Part shown: positions 32,791 to 33,180 of the stretch, piece after piece
How the letters are laid out: each line of letters opens with the position of its first letter
How positions within the stretch are numbered: the first letter of the stretch is position 1
From: Thraustochytrium aureum
Taxonomy: Eukaryota
Direction of reading: 5' to 3'
DNA: 33,180 bases
Assembly (NCBI GenBank): GCA_012862495.1
Contig: BLSG01000155.1
Location: forward strand, 67,897 to 101,076
The notes under the pieces: generated by a model
The model's database searches: none
Told to the model about the DNA's origin: nothing
The model's input: the letters and a program-made list of their open reading frames with translations, nothing else
Translations under genes and position numbers: made by a program

Positions 32791-32948
32791 TCAATCTTTT
32801 TTCTCTGTCCGCGTTTTACTCCGTCGAACGAGAACGAACGAGAGCGCGGCAGCGGCAGAGCAGAGTTGCTGTCGGGCGTTCGTCGCGCGGGCGGGAGAGC
32901 GGCGAGAGGGATGCGCGATGCGCGGCGGTGAGCTTGGCGGCGGCGGGC

Positions 32949-33180
32949 ATGGCGGCGGGAGGCAGGCAGCGCGAAGGCAGGCCGGCCGGCGCGCCGCGCG
33001 GACTGTGGAGGCTGCTTGGGGTGGCGCTGCTCGTGGCCAGCTCGGCCCAGGTGCTGGCGTACTGGAAGTGGACGCACCTGGCCGAGCCCTCGGCGCCGCG
33101 CGGCGCGGCAGCGGCGGAAGGTGCGAGGTGGCACGCGGGAGGAGATGAGGCCGAAGATGCTCTGACGGAGGGCCGCGCGG
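32949..33180 (+). CDS. 5' fragment of a probable type II (signal-anchor) membrane protein, runs off the window
   Basis: ATG 32949, open to the end: MAAGGRQREGRPAGAPRGLWRLLGVALLVASSAQVLAYWKWTHLAEPSAP...; absent from the ORF track because no stop is reached. Confidence 0.5.
   Translation, partial: MAAGGRQREGRPAGAPRGLWRLLGVALLVASSAQVLAYWKWTHLAEPSAPRGAAAAEGARWHAGGDEAEDALTEGRA

Overview
GC-rich, gene-dense, intron-poor eukaryotic (protist) nuclear DNA from a draft scaffold with ten N gaps (1501-1611, 2965-3827, 10181-10310, 12039-12256, 16659-17090, 18886-19165, 21799-22143, 24093-24284, 26086-26266, 31580-32569). The gene set, compactness and short GT-AG introns with CTRAC branch points would fit a stramenopile such as a thraustochytrid, but that is inference. 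About 16 protein genes are visible: a U-box-like/PAM2/R3H RNA-binding protein, a WNK kinase with Tudor-like and CCT-like domains, an LRRC57-like LRR protein, a DUF218-like protein, a ~7TM protein, PSTK, an NAD(P)H-dependent FMN reductase, an IRE/Rim15/Greatwall-type AGC kinase, a paraoxonase-like enzyme, a spliced 73-aa protein whose TGA is in frame 18 nt upstream of the paraoxonase ATG, an NC2-alpha/NF-YC-type histone-fold protein, an unknown EF-hand-like protein, a Cys-rich type I membrane protein, gamma-secretase subunit PEN-2 (not recoverable as one ORF from the track), DHX37/Dhr1 helicase and a partial signal-anchor gene. About a dozen 1-2 nt frameshifts break otherwise intact genes and most likely are sequencing indels. 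I found no mobile element, CRISPR array or convincing RNA gene. All family calls are from motif recognition by eye; no searches were run.
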